A stretch of 59,885 nt of DNA, filler included, from Asterionella formosa (taxonomy: Eukaryota): the NCBI GenBank assembly GCA_002256025.1. It is 4 parts of 4 records of this genome, joined end to end, with 100 filler letters (N's around TTAATTAATTAA, not from the genome) between each part and the next. Parts side by side here need not be neighbours in the genome. Positions count along the whole stretch, not along the records: positions 46,998 to 59,885 come from NKIB01005401.1; 3 more parts are not named here. One strand, given 5' to 3'. Shown piece by piece: positions 46,998 to 59,712 of this stretch. A model generated the notes under the pieces. That model worked only from the letters and a program-made list of their open reading frames with translations. It was not told where the DNA came from and searched no databases. The translations under genes and the position numbers were made by a program. Numbering within the stretch: position 1 is the stretch's first letter; every line of letters begins with the position of its first letter.

Positions 46998-48178
46998 AAG
47001 GCTGGTTGCATCAAAATAATAATTATAGTAACCCACGTAGCGCTGGTACAAACTATTATCCTTATCCCTACCGTAGGAAGGAATATCGCGCAAATTTGTT
47101 TGCTTCGATCGGCTCACCATGTTGCTCAATATTGCCGCCGTTTCCTGTGCAAAAAAGATTCCCTGAAGGCTTTTATATTCGTTTGTATAGTCATGAGTGA
47201 AATGCTTTTGGGGAATCACTTTTTTCATGATATTTCGACATGAGTATCAAACAAAGGTCAAAAGTAGGCAAAGATTTATTAACATTACTACAGGAAAGAC
47301 AGTATCAGTGGTTCCTAAGCTTCCTACATATGGTAATTCATCTGAATGGGAAGAGAAATGCATTCCATTGAAGAGGCTACTAAGCAAGAAGTGGAAGCCA
47401 CAGTAATGATGTCATGATTCTACCTGGCTCTTGTAGCACCCCTTCTTTGACTGCTGTAGTAGGGAGTTGTTACTATAGAGGGTGCCCGTATGGCCAGGTA
47501 GCAGGCAGTACTTAGTATGCCCCTTCTGTATTGGACTCATCTTGGCTACTGTTGTTGCTGAACGCCACTGCTCGATATTGAACAATTAATGGTGGTACCA
47601 GGTACTCTACATTCTTATATTTTTTACAAAATACATTAATACACTAGTATATATTTAGTATATAAAATAATAGTGTAAGTGCATACCGGTATGGCAATGA
47701 AGTCATGACAAAAAATACATGAACAAAGTTCAAGGCAGCCCAGATCCAGAATGCAAATCCATCACTTTCACAAAAGCAACAAAAGACAAATTCAACCCAG
47801 GAAAACTTACTGACCAAAATAACACAGTTTCCCCACCAAACCTTTGCCATGCATGTCGACAACAAAATCTATGCAGCAGCATCCATTGATCACCTACTCA
47901 GGGCTACCCAAGCATTTATCACAGCAAACAATTTGGTCCTTTGCGTTCCAGATCACACCTTAAACCTGATGCCACAGACATCAGAAAACTACATCAAACA
48001 TCAGAGATTTCCTACAAAAGGAATTCGCTACCTGGTACCAGTACCTGATGTTACCTGGCACCAGGTACTTAAGTACTACCGCACGGAGCCGTTCTCGTGC
48101 ATATTCTTAAAATATTACGACGTATATTTGTAAAATTTCTAGTACTGGTACCGGTATTTTCTTGTCCCCGACAGCAAC

Positions 48179-48827
48179 ATGACCGACAACCTCGATGCAA
48201 AGACCGCTACGGAATCAGTGCTAGTCTCTGCCAGCAAGAGGATTTCAGAACAAGAGGAAGAAAAATCCAGACGAGTCAAAGTTGGCGACACGGCGGAGGA
48301 TAAGCCAGGGAAACGATGGCGAAGTAAGTGTTGAGTATGAATGTGTGGTTTTTAAAATGGTGCTCAGCAGGTTGTATTTCATCCTTGATGAAACTCATGA
48401 AAGATACCGCTATATATTAGGCCACGCAATGGCAGAAGACTACATATCTATGGTTGGAAACCTCATGTACCCTGGAGGACAACAGGGACCTTTTGGATTC
48501 GACCCTTCTATTGGAAGCTTTCCCATGGAACGGACGACTACCTTGGGTTACTTGACGTCGCCCCTCAGAAGGCCGAGCATAGTTGAGAGATGGAATCCGT
48601 TTGAAATTTCCGTCTTCGAAGCGTGCTTGGCGAATTACGGAAAAGACTTTTACAAAGCGTCGAAACACTTGGGGAAGGGTAAAACGACAAAGGACGTCAT
48701 TGCTTTTTACTATATATGGAAAAAGACGAAGCACTACAAACGATGGAAGGCGGACTATGTAGTTGATTATTCTGGAGACAGCGAAGACGATGATAATGCG
48801 ATATCAGTTAAGGGGGGCAGAAAATAA
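48179..48827 (+). CDS. SANT/Myb-domain protein (MIER/MTA/RCOR-type SANT); join(48179..48323,48421..48827)
   Basis: WNPFEISVFEACLANYGKDF...KTTKDVIAFYYIWKK. A phase-1 intron GTAAGT..TAG (48324-48420) joins the frames. Confidence 0.85.
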
Positions 48828-48877
48828 ATTCTTTAGGTATCCTTCTGTACTTCATGAGTTTTGCACTGGCGCTCTCA

Positions 48878-51800
48878 TCAATGAATCATCAACGCAATGC
48901 CCAACGCAATTATCGACAACATTGGAACCCGAGAAATTTTCCTTGTACTTGACACTGACGATGAAGACTCAAATGAATTGTTTTGGGAAAGTAACAAAGG
49001 CGCACTAGTTGGAGGGGAACTTGTAGAAAAATGCTCTGGAGCAGGGCTGATGTAGAGATTAGTAGGCATTCCTGATTGGCCATTTGCATGACGCGAAGGG
49101 GAACCTGTTGAAAAATGCAATGGAGCGGGACTGCTGTAGAGATTTGTAGGCACCCCCGATAGAGAATTTGGATTTGGAGTGCCGGTAATAGAGGGCGGAA
49201 CTGTTGGTGCCATCACGGCCAAAGTGGTATTGGAAATACCAGATGCATTAGCTGGGATGGACCCATGCGGAGCCGCAAAAAGAACGTTGTCGATTTGAAA
49301 GTTCACATCGCGTAGAAGATGAAAGGTCAACTGGACTGAAATTGGAATATCCAAGGAAGAAACATGTTAGCGCAAACACGACGAGGAATAATTGATTCGT
49401 TGGCCCAGTGAACCTACCTGAGTTTGCTAATTCCAAGTTTCCTGGAGAAAAGATAATTTTCCCAGTCAACTTGTACCATCCGTTGCCGTCTTGCTCGGAT
49501 GTAACGTTCCCAATCAAGCTGGAGAAGAATACATGAGACTCTCTCGTTTCAATGTTGTAGTCTTGCAATTGGAGAGTGGCTGCCGGGCAATTGTTAGCCA
49601 CTGCAGTGTCACAGGAAAGGAGGTTACCTGAGTCATCGACAAGGCGGACATCTGCTTCAAAAGCATACTCAATGTTAGAAACCAGACAAGTCGAATCTAT
49701 CCACTGGCCCATTTGCATGTAATTTAATCCACTGTTTTGAAGTTGTAGGGCATATCCAGAGCCCTGGGAGCCAGGCGACACAATTCCGATCGTTACATCA
49801 TAGCTGTTTTGCCAGTAATCGAATGAGTTTTCTTCGAAAGTACCTCCTTTAACGAGATTTCCACATCGCGATTCAGTTGCCTCTGGACGTACGAGGCTCA
49901 CATATGTACCGGTGCTGGGGCAACGAGGTCCTACTTCGAACGCAATCTTTACATAGGACGGCCAAGTTGGTAGCTTCGTTGCTTTGTCAACAAAAGAAAT
50001 ATTGAAATAGCCAGCAGGTAAAGCGATTCCGTATCGGCCATCGAAGGAAAGCAAATAATTCTGTGTTGGTGTGTCGACGTATGCAAAGTGGTCCCACGAT
50101 GTTGTCGCGGAAATGCCATCCTTTGAGACAACCATTTCAATGTCTCCTGTCTTGAATGAATCACTGACTGCGAATCCGACCAACCTCAAGCACGCTAAGT
50201 CGCACCAATACGCACACGAATCGGGGACAGGATAGCAACCGTTTCCACCTGCGAAAACAGTAGCTGCTTGATCACTTACGAAAAATCCCGGTGACCCACT
50301 AGGGCCAAATGAGCCATCCTCGTCTTCTATGATCATGTTGGTGAGGTTAGCTGCCAGCGCGTCGCAGAAATCAACTCGATGAACATCATCATGGAAAGTA
50401 AGGCCACTAGCTCGGTTCACAGCATCAGATACTGCATTTTGTGATTGATCCGGGTCCATCCAGAAAGCTTTCTGTTCGCTGCACCCAATATCTCTGCCCA
50501 TACCACTGAAGTTCAAGTCTACGGATGTCACTCCTAGCTTCGACGACGCATTTACTTCGAGTTTCCAGGAGTGGATGCTAACACCTATGCGATTGCCTTG
50601 GCATTTTGGCAAGTCGTATTCATCTTCAATGTCCAAGTCGACATCGGGATATCCGATAATCGTGATGTTTTCCAAGACAATATCAGCATTCCGAAAGGTT
50701 TGAATATTGATACTGTTGTATGCAGCAATGCCGCCCACTATGCGAATGTTTATACTTGAGTGGACGAAGTGACCAGCTTGTAAGTTGCGATAAACGTTGT
50801 TACCTTCCATTGTGGCCTCCTCGAGTGGTCGGTATCCTGGAGAATAATACTGAATACCAAAAGTGAAGCAGCTATGGGCCGTGTTATTTGCGAAGGTTCC
50901 TAGTGACAACATTTGAGGGTGCAAGTCTTCGTTTCCTGCCTGGGACGGTCCCCTGACATTAACACGAGTATCGAACCAAAAACCGCTAAATTCCGAACCT
51001 GCAGCAATGTTGTCGACACTAGAAAAGCGAACGAAGAATGACGTTAGTTTAGCATATTCATAATTTTCTAGATGAGATTTTTGGTACTCACAATGTATTC
51101 TGGGGATTCGTGATCCAGAAGATGGAGGGAGAATTGTCATTTTCCCCCTCGATTACATACGTCGGCTTTCGAATGCTTGCCCCGAGGTTTCTTGTGAATA
51201 CGTTTCCAGTTTCAATCCCATCTTCTGTGATGAAACAATGTCCATGCGTCTCGAATGCCACATTATCTATGACCTCTAGATCATGTGATCCATGAACTAC
51301 TACGCATCTTTGGTTTGAGTTGTATATAACATTCTTCGACACTATAGAGCCTGCGACTGACCCTGATAGATGAAAATGAATCGGATATCTGCCCTTTTCT
51401 CCTTGTTGACCAAAGTTCACCAATTTTACCCCTTCCAATAGCTGAATCTGTTGGGGAGTTTGGTAAACGATGAAATGACCACCAAGTAAAAATTCCCTCG
51501 TGGGATCGTCAAGCTCTCCCTCAAAAATAACTTTTCGAGTCAGACGCGCAACTTCAATTGCAAAACGAGGATCTGCTGCAGCGGTTGCAAGGGTCGTGAT
51601 AGCTAGCGTCTCATTGAGAATCAAAATTCCATCTGACGTTGACTCAATTGTTGCAGTCAATCGATTATTGGCGTCTTTGAGCCAAGAGGTCAAAAGTATC
51701 TCGTCACCGGGTTTCCAACACGAACTAGCCGCCTCATCGACGTGCAATACGTCAAAGCCACCTGGTTTGATCGATAGATCATCAAAGTCGAGGTCAGAAT

Positions 51801-53039
51801 TTGTGTTATTCGCCAACCATATTCCAAAAGTTAGGGCAGATACATCTTGTATGTCGATCACAGGATGAACAATGACATTACAATACACCCAATCAGAACC
51901 ATAGTCAGCTGTTTCGAGGCACTGCAATGAAGAAGTTCAATGTTGTGAGTTTTTCTGTGGAATCGTCCTAGTAGAATACATCCAACACTTACCTGAAAGT
52001 ATGGAGTCTGAACATACTTTCCAGTCGCCACGCTGATATATTCGAATCGAATGATGGCATGGTCTGCAATCGTAGAGTTTAGACGGTAGCGGAAACCGAC
52101 CACGTACGGAACATTAGCCTTGAAGCATCCCACAGGGAGGGATCCCGAGATGCCATTCCACCAACCAGCACGATTTCTCACGGCGAAATAATGATTACCG
52201 TTCCCCTCCTGGAGCACCTGGAAACTACTAGCGGCAGACGAGAACGGTTGGGCGCTGCCAGTTTCTGCATCACCATTTTCCAGGATGAGCTCATTGCAAG
52301 GGTCGAAGATATTTCGATCAAAATTGGAAACATTCTTGAGTTTCACCCAAGAAGGACACGATGGATCCTCTAGACCACGAATATCAACTTTTCCGCCGGC
52401 AACTACAATGGGCTTCCTCGCCATATCGCATCCGTTACTTCCACAAAGTCCGACGTTGTCACCATGTGGAATAAGAGTTTGGTTGTTCGTTCCGAACAGC
52501 AGAATCTTGACTTGATTCTGAGGTGGGTCAATGACGAGTTCACCTTGAATGAACAAATACTGCGTGCGTAGGACGAGGTTCGCTGTTGAAGGAAAGTACA
52601 GCTTCCCAATAACGTTGATTCCAAGGGAAATGTTCACAGCTTCTCCACTCGTATAGTCGACTGATACGCATTTCCCACATTCAATCACAATCTCGGCTCC
52701 TGCGCTGACATTGACAAGGGACGATAGGGTAGTTGAGCAATCAGCTGTATCCAAACCTGAATTACACGATTGGGGCAAAAATATGGGAAACACAGATGCA
52801 AGTTTCCGCGAGTTTTCAACGTATTTCGCTCCCGCATCTTGCCTGACTGGCAACACTGGCAACACTGCCCGCTCGACGATATTCGTATCCCTCAGATTCA
52901 ACGTATTGACCATCCGCGATGACCACAACGATTTGTTAGCAGTGCCATTCCCGGTTAACGATGCACAGTGTACAAGATCACTCAAACCAGCTGCCGTCAA
53001 CAGTAGAACAATCAATCTAACATTTTGCATATTGAACAT
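48878..53039 (-). CDS. G8-domain/CBM4_9-like/beta-helix surface protein (TMEM2/CEMIP/fibrocystin-L-like), 4 exons, probable GPI anchor
   Basis: Signal peptide, G8-like region, GRYPIHFH..QRCVVVHGS..GHCFITEDGIE..FWITNP, two NGDAE/GGTFE CBM-like modules, PST-rich stalk and hydrophobic tail. Frame-restoring introns at 51922-51992, 51019-51091 and 49336-49417. Confidence 0.88.
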
Positions 53040-54340
53040 GGTGTCAGTCAAGAAACAATGTCACATCAAACTTGTTTTGTTTTATGATGACTACCAGCTA
53101 ATATATATACCCCTGCCGACAGCGTAGTACCTTCCGTTTTATGTCTTTTTATGGGATCTGAAGACATTTATTGGTCATCGGCCTTTTGACCCACGACAAT
53201 AAGAAAAAACGAATAAGGCGGTCGGAGCATCAGCTTGAGCCAACCAAATGCCTAGATGGGGCTGTACTGTGTGTATTTAATACGACTGCCGATAAACATA
53301 TGTATGTGCATGTGTCTACCTGGCACTGTATCAGCCAATTCGGCAGCCGGGTTTGAAGGATGCATGCATTTTTATTCACTACCTGGTACCAGGTACCAGG
53401 GTACATGCACACACAAAATGATGACCGAAATTATTTAAAAATAAGTATTAATCAAGATCATACCGGCATATTTACTAAAATTATAACGAGGTGGTACCTG
53501 GTAACAGGTACCCGGGACTGCACAATATGGTCTACTAACTATGTTTTGGTATACTGACATACCGACCTGGTACCATTTCAACGTACTGCTCCTACCGGTT
53601 GATGTTCAATCGTACGTAATAGCTAATAACAGAATTTTAGCATCAGGAATGATATCTTCAAAGATGGAGTAATCTTATCTTACATTTTGTACTACAAACT
53701 TTTTCAATTTTAGCGATACAACAATATTTACTATGGACAAGTCATTTGTTTCACGCATTTACAAATAGGATGTCTAATCACCCAATCGATGTTGTGCTCC
53801 ATTTGCTTGGTGAGAAAAACAACTACGAAGAAGCTATAAAGGCACTAACAATGGAGGAGCTTTACGATATGGTGCTATCAAGAAATTAGTAGCCAACAAA
53901 GTTGGCACAATAAGCAACGTGGCTAACAAAAGACATAGTGAAGTACCATTTGAAGAAATTGAATAATGACAACAAAGATCTAGTAGTAGGCAGGGTTTAA
54001 ATTCTACAGTGCTATTGCATTTTTCCCCAGCAGAACGAATTGAAACTAGCAGCACACTTACCTTTGCTACCAGAGCCTCCACTTCTGCATTCCCTTTTGA
54101 CACCAGCTTCATTAAACTCAGATGAAAACAGCAGTGTGAGAAACAATTTGCTAGCAGATAGACCTGAACAGCATGAAGCTCAACAAACAAAACTAACCTG
54201 TGAGAGGGGGGAGAATGAGTACAAACAAAAATAGTGATGTCATTGAGACCACACAGCTTCCTCCAGCACCAGGAGCAAGTAGTAGTCCTAGAAACATCAC
54301 CAAGGCATTTTCAAGAGACTACCAGCAACGCATTAAAATA

Positions 54341-54504
54341 GGAACCAACCATGTAACCAACCAATNNNNNNNNNNNNNNNNNNNNNNNNNNNNNNNNNNN
54401 NNNNNNNNNNNNNNNNNNNNNNNNNNNNNNNNNNNNNNNNNNNNNNNNNNNNNNNNNNNNNNNNNNNNNNNNNNNNNNAGGAACCAACCATGTAACCAAC
54501 CAAT
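54341..54504. other. Intra-scaffold N gap flanked by an identical ~26-bp sequence
   Basis: ggaaccaaccatgtaaccaaccaat on both sides of the Ns at 54366-54478. Confidence 0.85.
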
Positions 54505-54779
54505 ACAGAGCTGTTGGTTACAACACAAAAAAATAACAAAAGCAGACTAGAGAAAGGAGAAAATTTGACATTCAACCATCAACAGCAATAAAAATTGAAA
54601 CCATCCAAAGGAGACTCAAGAATAAAACTTCAAACCCAGCAACAGGAATTGTGAAACAAGGAACGCCCTCTCCAATGATTGCAGTCGATCCCTACATGAT
54701 TGTCCAACAAGTTGTGTCCCAGCTTGCAAAAATGCGTACACTGATCGCTGTTTCAACTGGACATCTCCGACTCATACCA

Positions 54780-55105
54780 ACTGCCAAATTGATCAGTCTT
54801 GAACCGTCCAGACCTACTATCAGACAAGCCTCCAAAATTTCAATGAACAACAGCTCTTTCCACTTGCAAAATTCATGCCAATTTTGCATTGTGTGGGCCA
54901 TTGGATGCTTGGATCAAGTGCTCAACAACGATAGTTGCCTTGACAGCGTCAACCACTGAAGTGATAGCAGCCTGATTGTTGCCATGGAAAGCTTCTGTCC
55001 ATCACTTTTGCGATGATTCGCTTTCACATGGCTTGCATGTTCAAAGTTGTGAAAGGGAATGGCTTGATTAAGGCAAGCAATCTTTCCAACATATGACTTG
55101 AAAAA
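54780..55105 (-). pseudogene. Cyclic-nucleotide phosphodiesterase (HD/PDEase I) fragment, internally deleted
   Basis: IACLNQAIPFHNFEHASHV followed closely by VEHLIQAS.. and HTMQNWHEFCKWKELLF, motifs of stramenopile PDE domains. Confidence 0.75.
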
Positions 55106-56199
55106 TTCGATATGATAACAATTTTTTTAAATGATTTAATCAGCAAGTACTTGCATTCATTAGTTGACCTTTACTCAAAGGGTTTCAATTGGGGTTGGCT
55201 GAACAGTCTTCTATTTTTACTCCCAAAACGGGGTAATTTAGTGGTCTTGAGCAGTTCTTGACTGGTACAAATGTGTACAAGGTACCGGGTGAAGTATCTA
55301 AATAGAAGTTACAGTATTTATTGAATGCATTAGTAGCTTATTATTCAATCATTGTATCAAACTCCTTCAACTGAGTTGACATCAAAGTATTCAATAGGGG
55401 TTAGTCGAGTTCTCACATATTCGAGTTCTGATATACTTGATATAACTTAACCCTAAATACACATGTATCATTGCATGTGATCGCTCACCTGCAAGTTGCG
55501 GTAAAAAGAAATTTTTCTTTGTTTTCCTCAAAGTAAAAACCGTCTTTTACCGCAACTCCCTGATACCTGGAACCCATGCAAAAGTAGTGCTGGCTACTAT
55601 TGTGCTGGTACCAGGTAGCACCCCCAGGTGCTCTTACACCATCATGTAAAGTGATCGAACTATAAGATCGAGGGAGAAGCAAACATTGGTGACTGATTAG
55701 ATTTTGGATGAAAATGACTCCTTATTCCCATGTATCCATTCCTGGCGGCGACTTCCAAGATGTCCACAGCAGGTACCCTGGTTGCTGCAAGTTGTGGTAA
55801 ATTCGCCAAAATGTCGATTAGACATAGCAAATATTCAAGCCTGCTGATCCAATACTAAAATAAAAATACTGGCTAGCTCAGACAATGGGTATCTTTCATT
55901 CATGGCATGATCATTTTAAATGCTAGTATGCTGGAATTCTATTTGGCAGGAAATATTTTTGGATGAAACTTATTCCCCCAATCTCAAACCCCCACCCCAA
56001 TCCAAATCTCCCAGTCCAGAACCCGCTAATCGAAAAAACCCTGATTCCAAATTATTTTGGGAGTTTTACCAGAGAGCTAGATTGTGCCAGGGTCAGAAGC
56101 GCACACAGAGTGATCATAGAATATGTTTGCCAACCGCCAGTGAGTGAACATAACATTTTATTATTTACCTCATTTATTAAACGCTTTAAAACTACTCTA

Positions 56200-57320
56200 T
56201 TGCTGTTAGGGTAGCTGGTGTAGCGCTTCCTGGCGTTGCCAGCCTTGTTGTTCTAAATTACTTACCAACCCAGTATCAACCCAACAATTGTGGTGACTTT
56301 GGGCGCTGAAACGTGAGGAAAATGGTGGATACACTCCCTTGAGTGGGAGTTGAAAATTTTTAATGTGCTGTGGTTTTGCTATGGTTGTGCTGTGGATAAC
56401 ATCAGTCTTGTGCAGCAATTATATCCCTGAGAATAATGTGGATAGCTTGGTTTGGACTTGAACCTGAAAATAATGTGGCATCAGTTCACGGGAATTCTGA
56501 TCACTGTTTGCTGTACTGTGAGATTTAGTCCATCAGGCAACTCTCTATTGTTCCTTTGTCTTTGACAATAATAGTGCTTGGTGCTTTATTTGCCTGATTT
56601 CCTTTCTTTAGAAGCAAGTCGAACTCTTCATCTTGTTTTTGTGCTGCTATAATGTTGCTTCTAATTTTTGAGGGCACATCCCATTGCTGTTCTTTTTGCC
56701 CAAGCAAGTTTGGTGGCAAACTTTCTGACTTCTCTGCTTTACCAAAAGCCTTTAATAGAGTGACAATATGAATGTTCCCCACCCTCTTCACACTAGTATT
56801 TAACCTTTCCATACTAGGGTGCACAATTGGATCACAATTGGATCAGACTCCTCCTTGCCTGCGGATTTGGCTCCAATTATGATGTTTGCTTTCATTTCTG
56901 GCTGGTCTCCTTTGATTTTCAAATACTCTTGAGTCTTGTTATGATCTGTTGTATAATACTCCATCATGTCTTGATTAAAGTAGTTTTGTTCTTTCAATAT
57001 CATTGCAAATTCGAACTCTTCTTCGATTGTCTGCTGTTGCTCCTTTCCATTCCTGTAGTATAGTGCCGTTTGTCTGGCTTTGGCAAGCTTTACTTCAAAC
57101 AGCGTTGTTCTTGGAGAGAGCGCAATTTTCACATTGTTACATTCATAGTTAGAGCTGTTAATTGAATGTAATTTCCAGGAATTCCTGTTATTTCTTCTTT
57201 TCCTTTCATAATCTTCATAATGTTGCATCGTGTCACTGATAATGCCGGTTGCTTCATATTATTGTCACAAACCGCTATTAGTGTTTGCTTTTCCGCCATG
57301 GTGATGGCGTCTTTTTCCAA
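56200..57320 (-). pseudogene. Decayed coding remnant, possibly from a retroelement
   Basis: Successive frameshifted minus-strand ORFs, CpG-poor, no diagnostic motif. Confidence 0.25.
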
Positions 57321-57744
57321 CGATTTCCCAAACAGAAACCGGAAACCTTCGTAGCATGACTACCAGCTGATTCCTTGCTGCTCTGTTCTTGTTCTAGACT
57401 ATGGCTGGTAGTAATGAGTGTACACAGCAGTACGCATATGTATACTTGTAAGCAGACTTACTGCAACATGGAGGTAATCTACTTAGCTAGGGATTGGTTT
57501 GAGTACCTCAAGCATCCTATACAACAGACTACACAGTTTAAACAAACTAAAGCATGCAAAAGCCCAATAAGCCTATTTTCTATTAGGCGTTGCAACCTTT
57601 TTGTAGACACCAAATCATTTTGATGGTGGTTGCTTCATCCTTGTCATGGGAGTGTTATGCGCTAGCCTTCTCAAGAACATTTTACCAATGTTGCGGCACT
57701 ACCTAAGGAATCCAACATGCTATGAATATTGCTCTTGTCAACTT

Positions 57745-59712
57745 TCATTCATAGATAGGACAAAAGGTTCCCATTCCGGGCTCAGCAAATGCCCCTGGGT
57801 CGTTGTAGCGACGATTCTTGTTTAGTCCCTTCAAACGGGACATGTCACTCCCAGTAAGGTAGAAATCAAAGATATCACGATTCTCCTCCATCCTTGTCAA
57901 TGTCTTGCACAACGGCAAAGTATTGCGCTGTAAGGCCCAACGAAGTAAGATTTGAGCAGCACTTTTCGACTTGGCCTTGGCAATATCAAGGACCACAGGA
58001 TCCAGCATCAACACGTCTGCTTGACTGGCCATGTCTAGCTCAAGATATGAGGATGCCCCGAGCACACTAAATGCAGTCACACGCATGCCTGCCTCTTGTG
58101 CGAATCGAACCAAGTGATCTTGTGAGTTATGAGGGTGCAGCTCGACTTGAAGAGTTGCAGGCCGGATTCGACACGTTGACAAGAGTTGTCGAAGGAGCTG
58201 GGTTCCAAAGTTGCAAACACCAATTGCCTTAGCTAATCCTTGGTCGACGCAAACTTCCATGGCTTTCCAAGTAGCACCCATATCATTTGGTACCAGTACC
58301 ATTCTTCCATCAAGATTTGTCCACTCCGGTGGATACTTCTTTTCAATTGGAACAAACTCCGTGGAAATGGGAAAGTGAATCAAGTATTCATCAACATAGT
58401 CCAGTTGGAGGTCAGCTAGCGTTTTCTTCAATGCCAGACCAACGTGATTGGGATGATGATATGTGTTCCACAATTTGGAACTTACGAACAGTTCGCGGCG
58501 TTGCACAATTCCATCATGAATGGCACGAGCGATCCCTCGTCCAACTTCTTGTTCATTACCGTAGTCGCAAGCACAATCCAATCGACGATATCCCTTGCTG
58601 ATGGCACGATACGTGACATCCTCGCAAAGTTCCTTTGGTACCTTCCAGAATCCAAACACCAGAGGATCAGCCGGAAACATCGGTTCGTAAAACTGTGAGG
58701 GGCGCAGTCCAATGGCCTTGCCATAATCCGGCTGTGCCAAACGAACGGAATCGGTCGGATCGCCCCAAATACTCGCCAGGACCCGACGATAGCCTTCAAA
58801 CGGGTTTCGTGAGTGCATAACGAGCCGATTATTCAAGACCATAATATCGCCTGCCTTCCAATCGTACATGATTCGATTCATTTCCATGAAGGTAGCAATA
58901 GACTCAAGAACATGTTCTGGCATGGGTTCCATGTTTCCAAATCGAAGGGCATCTTTACGGTCATTCCGGGAATCTTGCCAACCAAGGTAGGCAGCCACAA
59001 TGCTATTGGCAAAAGTCCATTGAAATACTTGATTGCCAACATGGTCGGTATTTAAACGAACGGCAGGCACAGCTTCGCTGGTAATACGAACGGATCCATC
59101 GTTCAACCATTCCCAGGAACAGCCATCCAACGTCCTCAATTTTTCTTCCAGTTCTTGCGGGGTCTGTACCCCCCAAGAATTCTGATAGGAGCGGCCGATG
59201 GGGCTACTTGGGTCGTCTTGATTCGGCAGCGTACGAATATATCGAGCCCCATGTTTCAAAAGTGTGTCAATGAATTCAGGGTGGTTCTCCTTTGCAAAAC
59301 GGTAGACAGCTGTCGAATCAATGATGGGCGTTTGCCCACCTGTGGTAGCTGGTGTCTCGCAATAGAAAAATACATACGATGGCGGATTTGGCGTTTGTGC
59401 CAGTTCATGGTGAAAAGGAATGGGCTCGCTTGGGGGTGACTCGTTGGCAGTAAATATAATGGGTAAGGCTGGCGAGGAGCGGACTGGAATGATTGTGCGA
59501 GGCGCTGCTCCTCCAATGTAAGGGAAGTATTCCAGCTGAAGTGATGATACAAGATCGCCAAAATCTTCCACAGTAAGATCCTTGTCAGGCGACGTCAACA
59601 AGAGCGCTTTCTGTGAATCAAGCAAGTCGACGAAGATTCGCGGCGTGAGCGCTTCGATTTCGATTGTCCGGGCATTTTCGCCTTCGAGAAGAGGGGTTGC
59701 AATGAGTTTCAT
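57745..59712 (-). CDS. Fusion of TauD/clavaminate-synthase-like Fe(II)/2OG dioxygenase and aldo-keto reductase (xylose-reductase-like)
   Basis: N-half FHHELAQ (HxE)...VMHSRNPF..RRVLAS; C-half DCACDYGNE, SKLWNTYH and YLIHFP (D-Y-K-H tetrad); single uninterrupted ORF. Confidence 0.92.
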   Translation of the reverse strand: MKLIATPLLEGENARTIEIEALTPRIFVDLLDSQKALLLTSPDKDLTVEDFGDLVSSLQLEYFPYIGGAAPRTIIPVRSSPALPIIFTANESPPSEPIPFHHELAQTPNPPSYVFFYCETPATTGGQTPIIDSTAVYRFAKENHPEFIDTLLKHGARYIRTLPNQDDPSSPIGRSYQNSWGVQTPQELEEKLRTLDGCSWEWLNDGSVRITSEAVPAVRLNTDHVGNQVFQWTFANSIVAAYLGWQDSRNDRKDALRFGNMEPMPEHVLESIATFMEMNRIMYDWKAGDIMVLNNRLVMHSRNPFEGYRRVLASIWGDPTDSVRLAQPDYGKAIGLRPSQFYEPMFPADPLVFGFWKVPKELCEDVTYRAISKGYRRLDCACDYGNEQEVGRGIARAIHDGIVQRRELFVSSKLWNTYHHPNHVGLALKKTLADLQLDYVDEYLIHFPISTEFVPIEKKYPPEWTNLDGRMVLVPNDMGATWKAMEVCVDQGLAKAIGVCNFGTQLLRQLLSTCRIRPATLQVELHPHNSQDHLVRFAQEAGMRVTAFSVLGASSYLELDMASQADVLMLDPVVLDIAKAKSKSAAQILLRWALQRNTLPLCKTLTRMEENRDIFDFYLTGSDMSRLKGLNKNRRYNDPGAFAEPGMGTFCPIYE

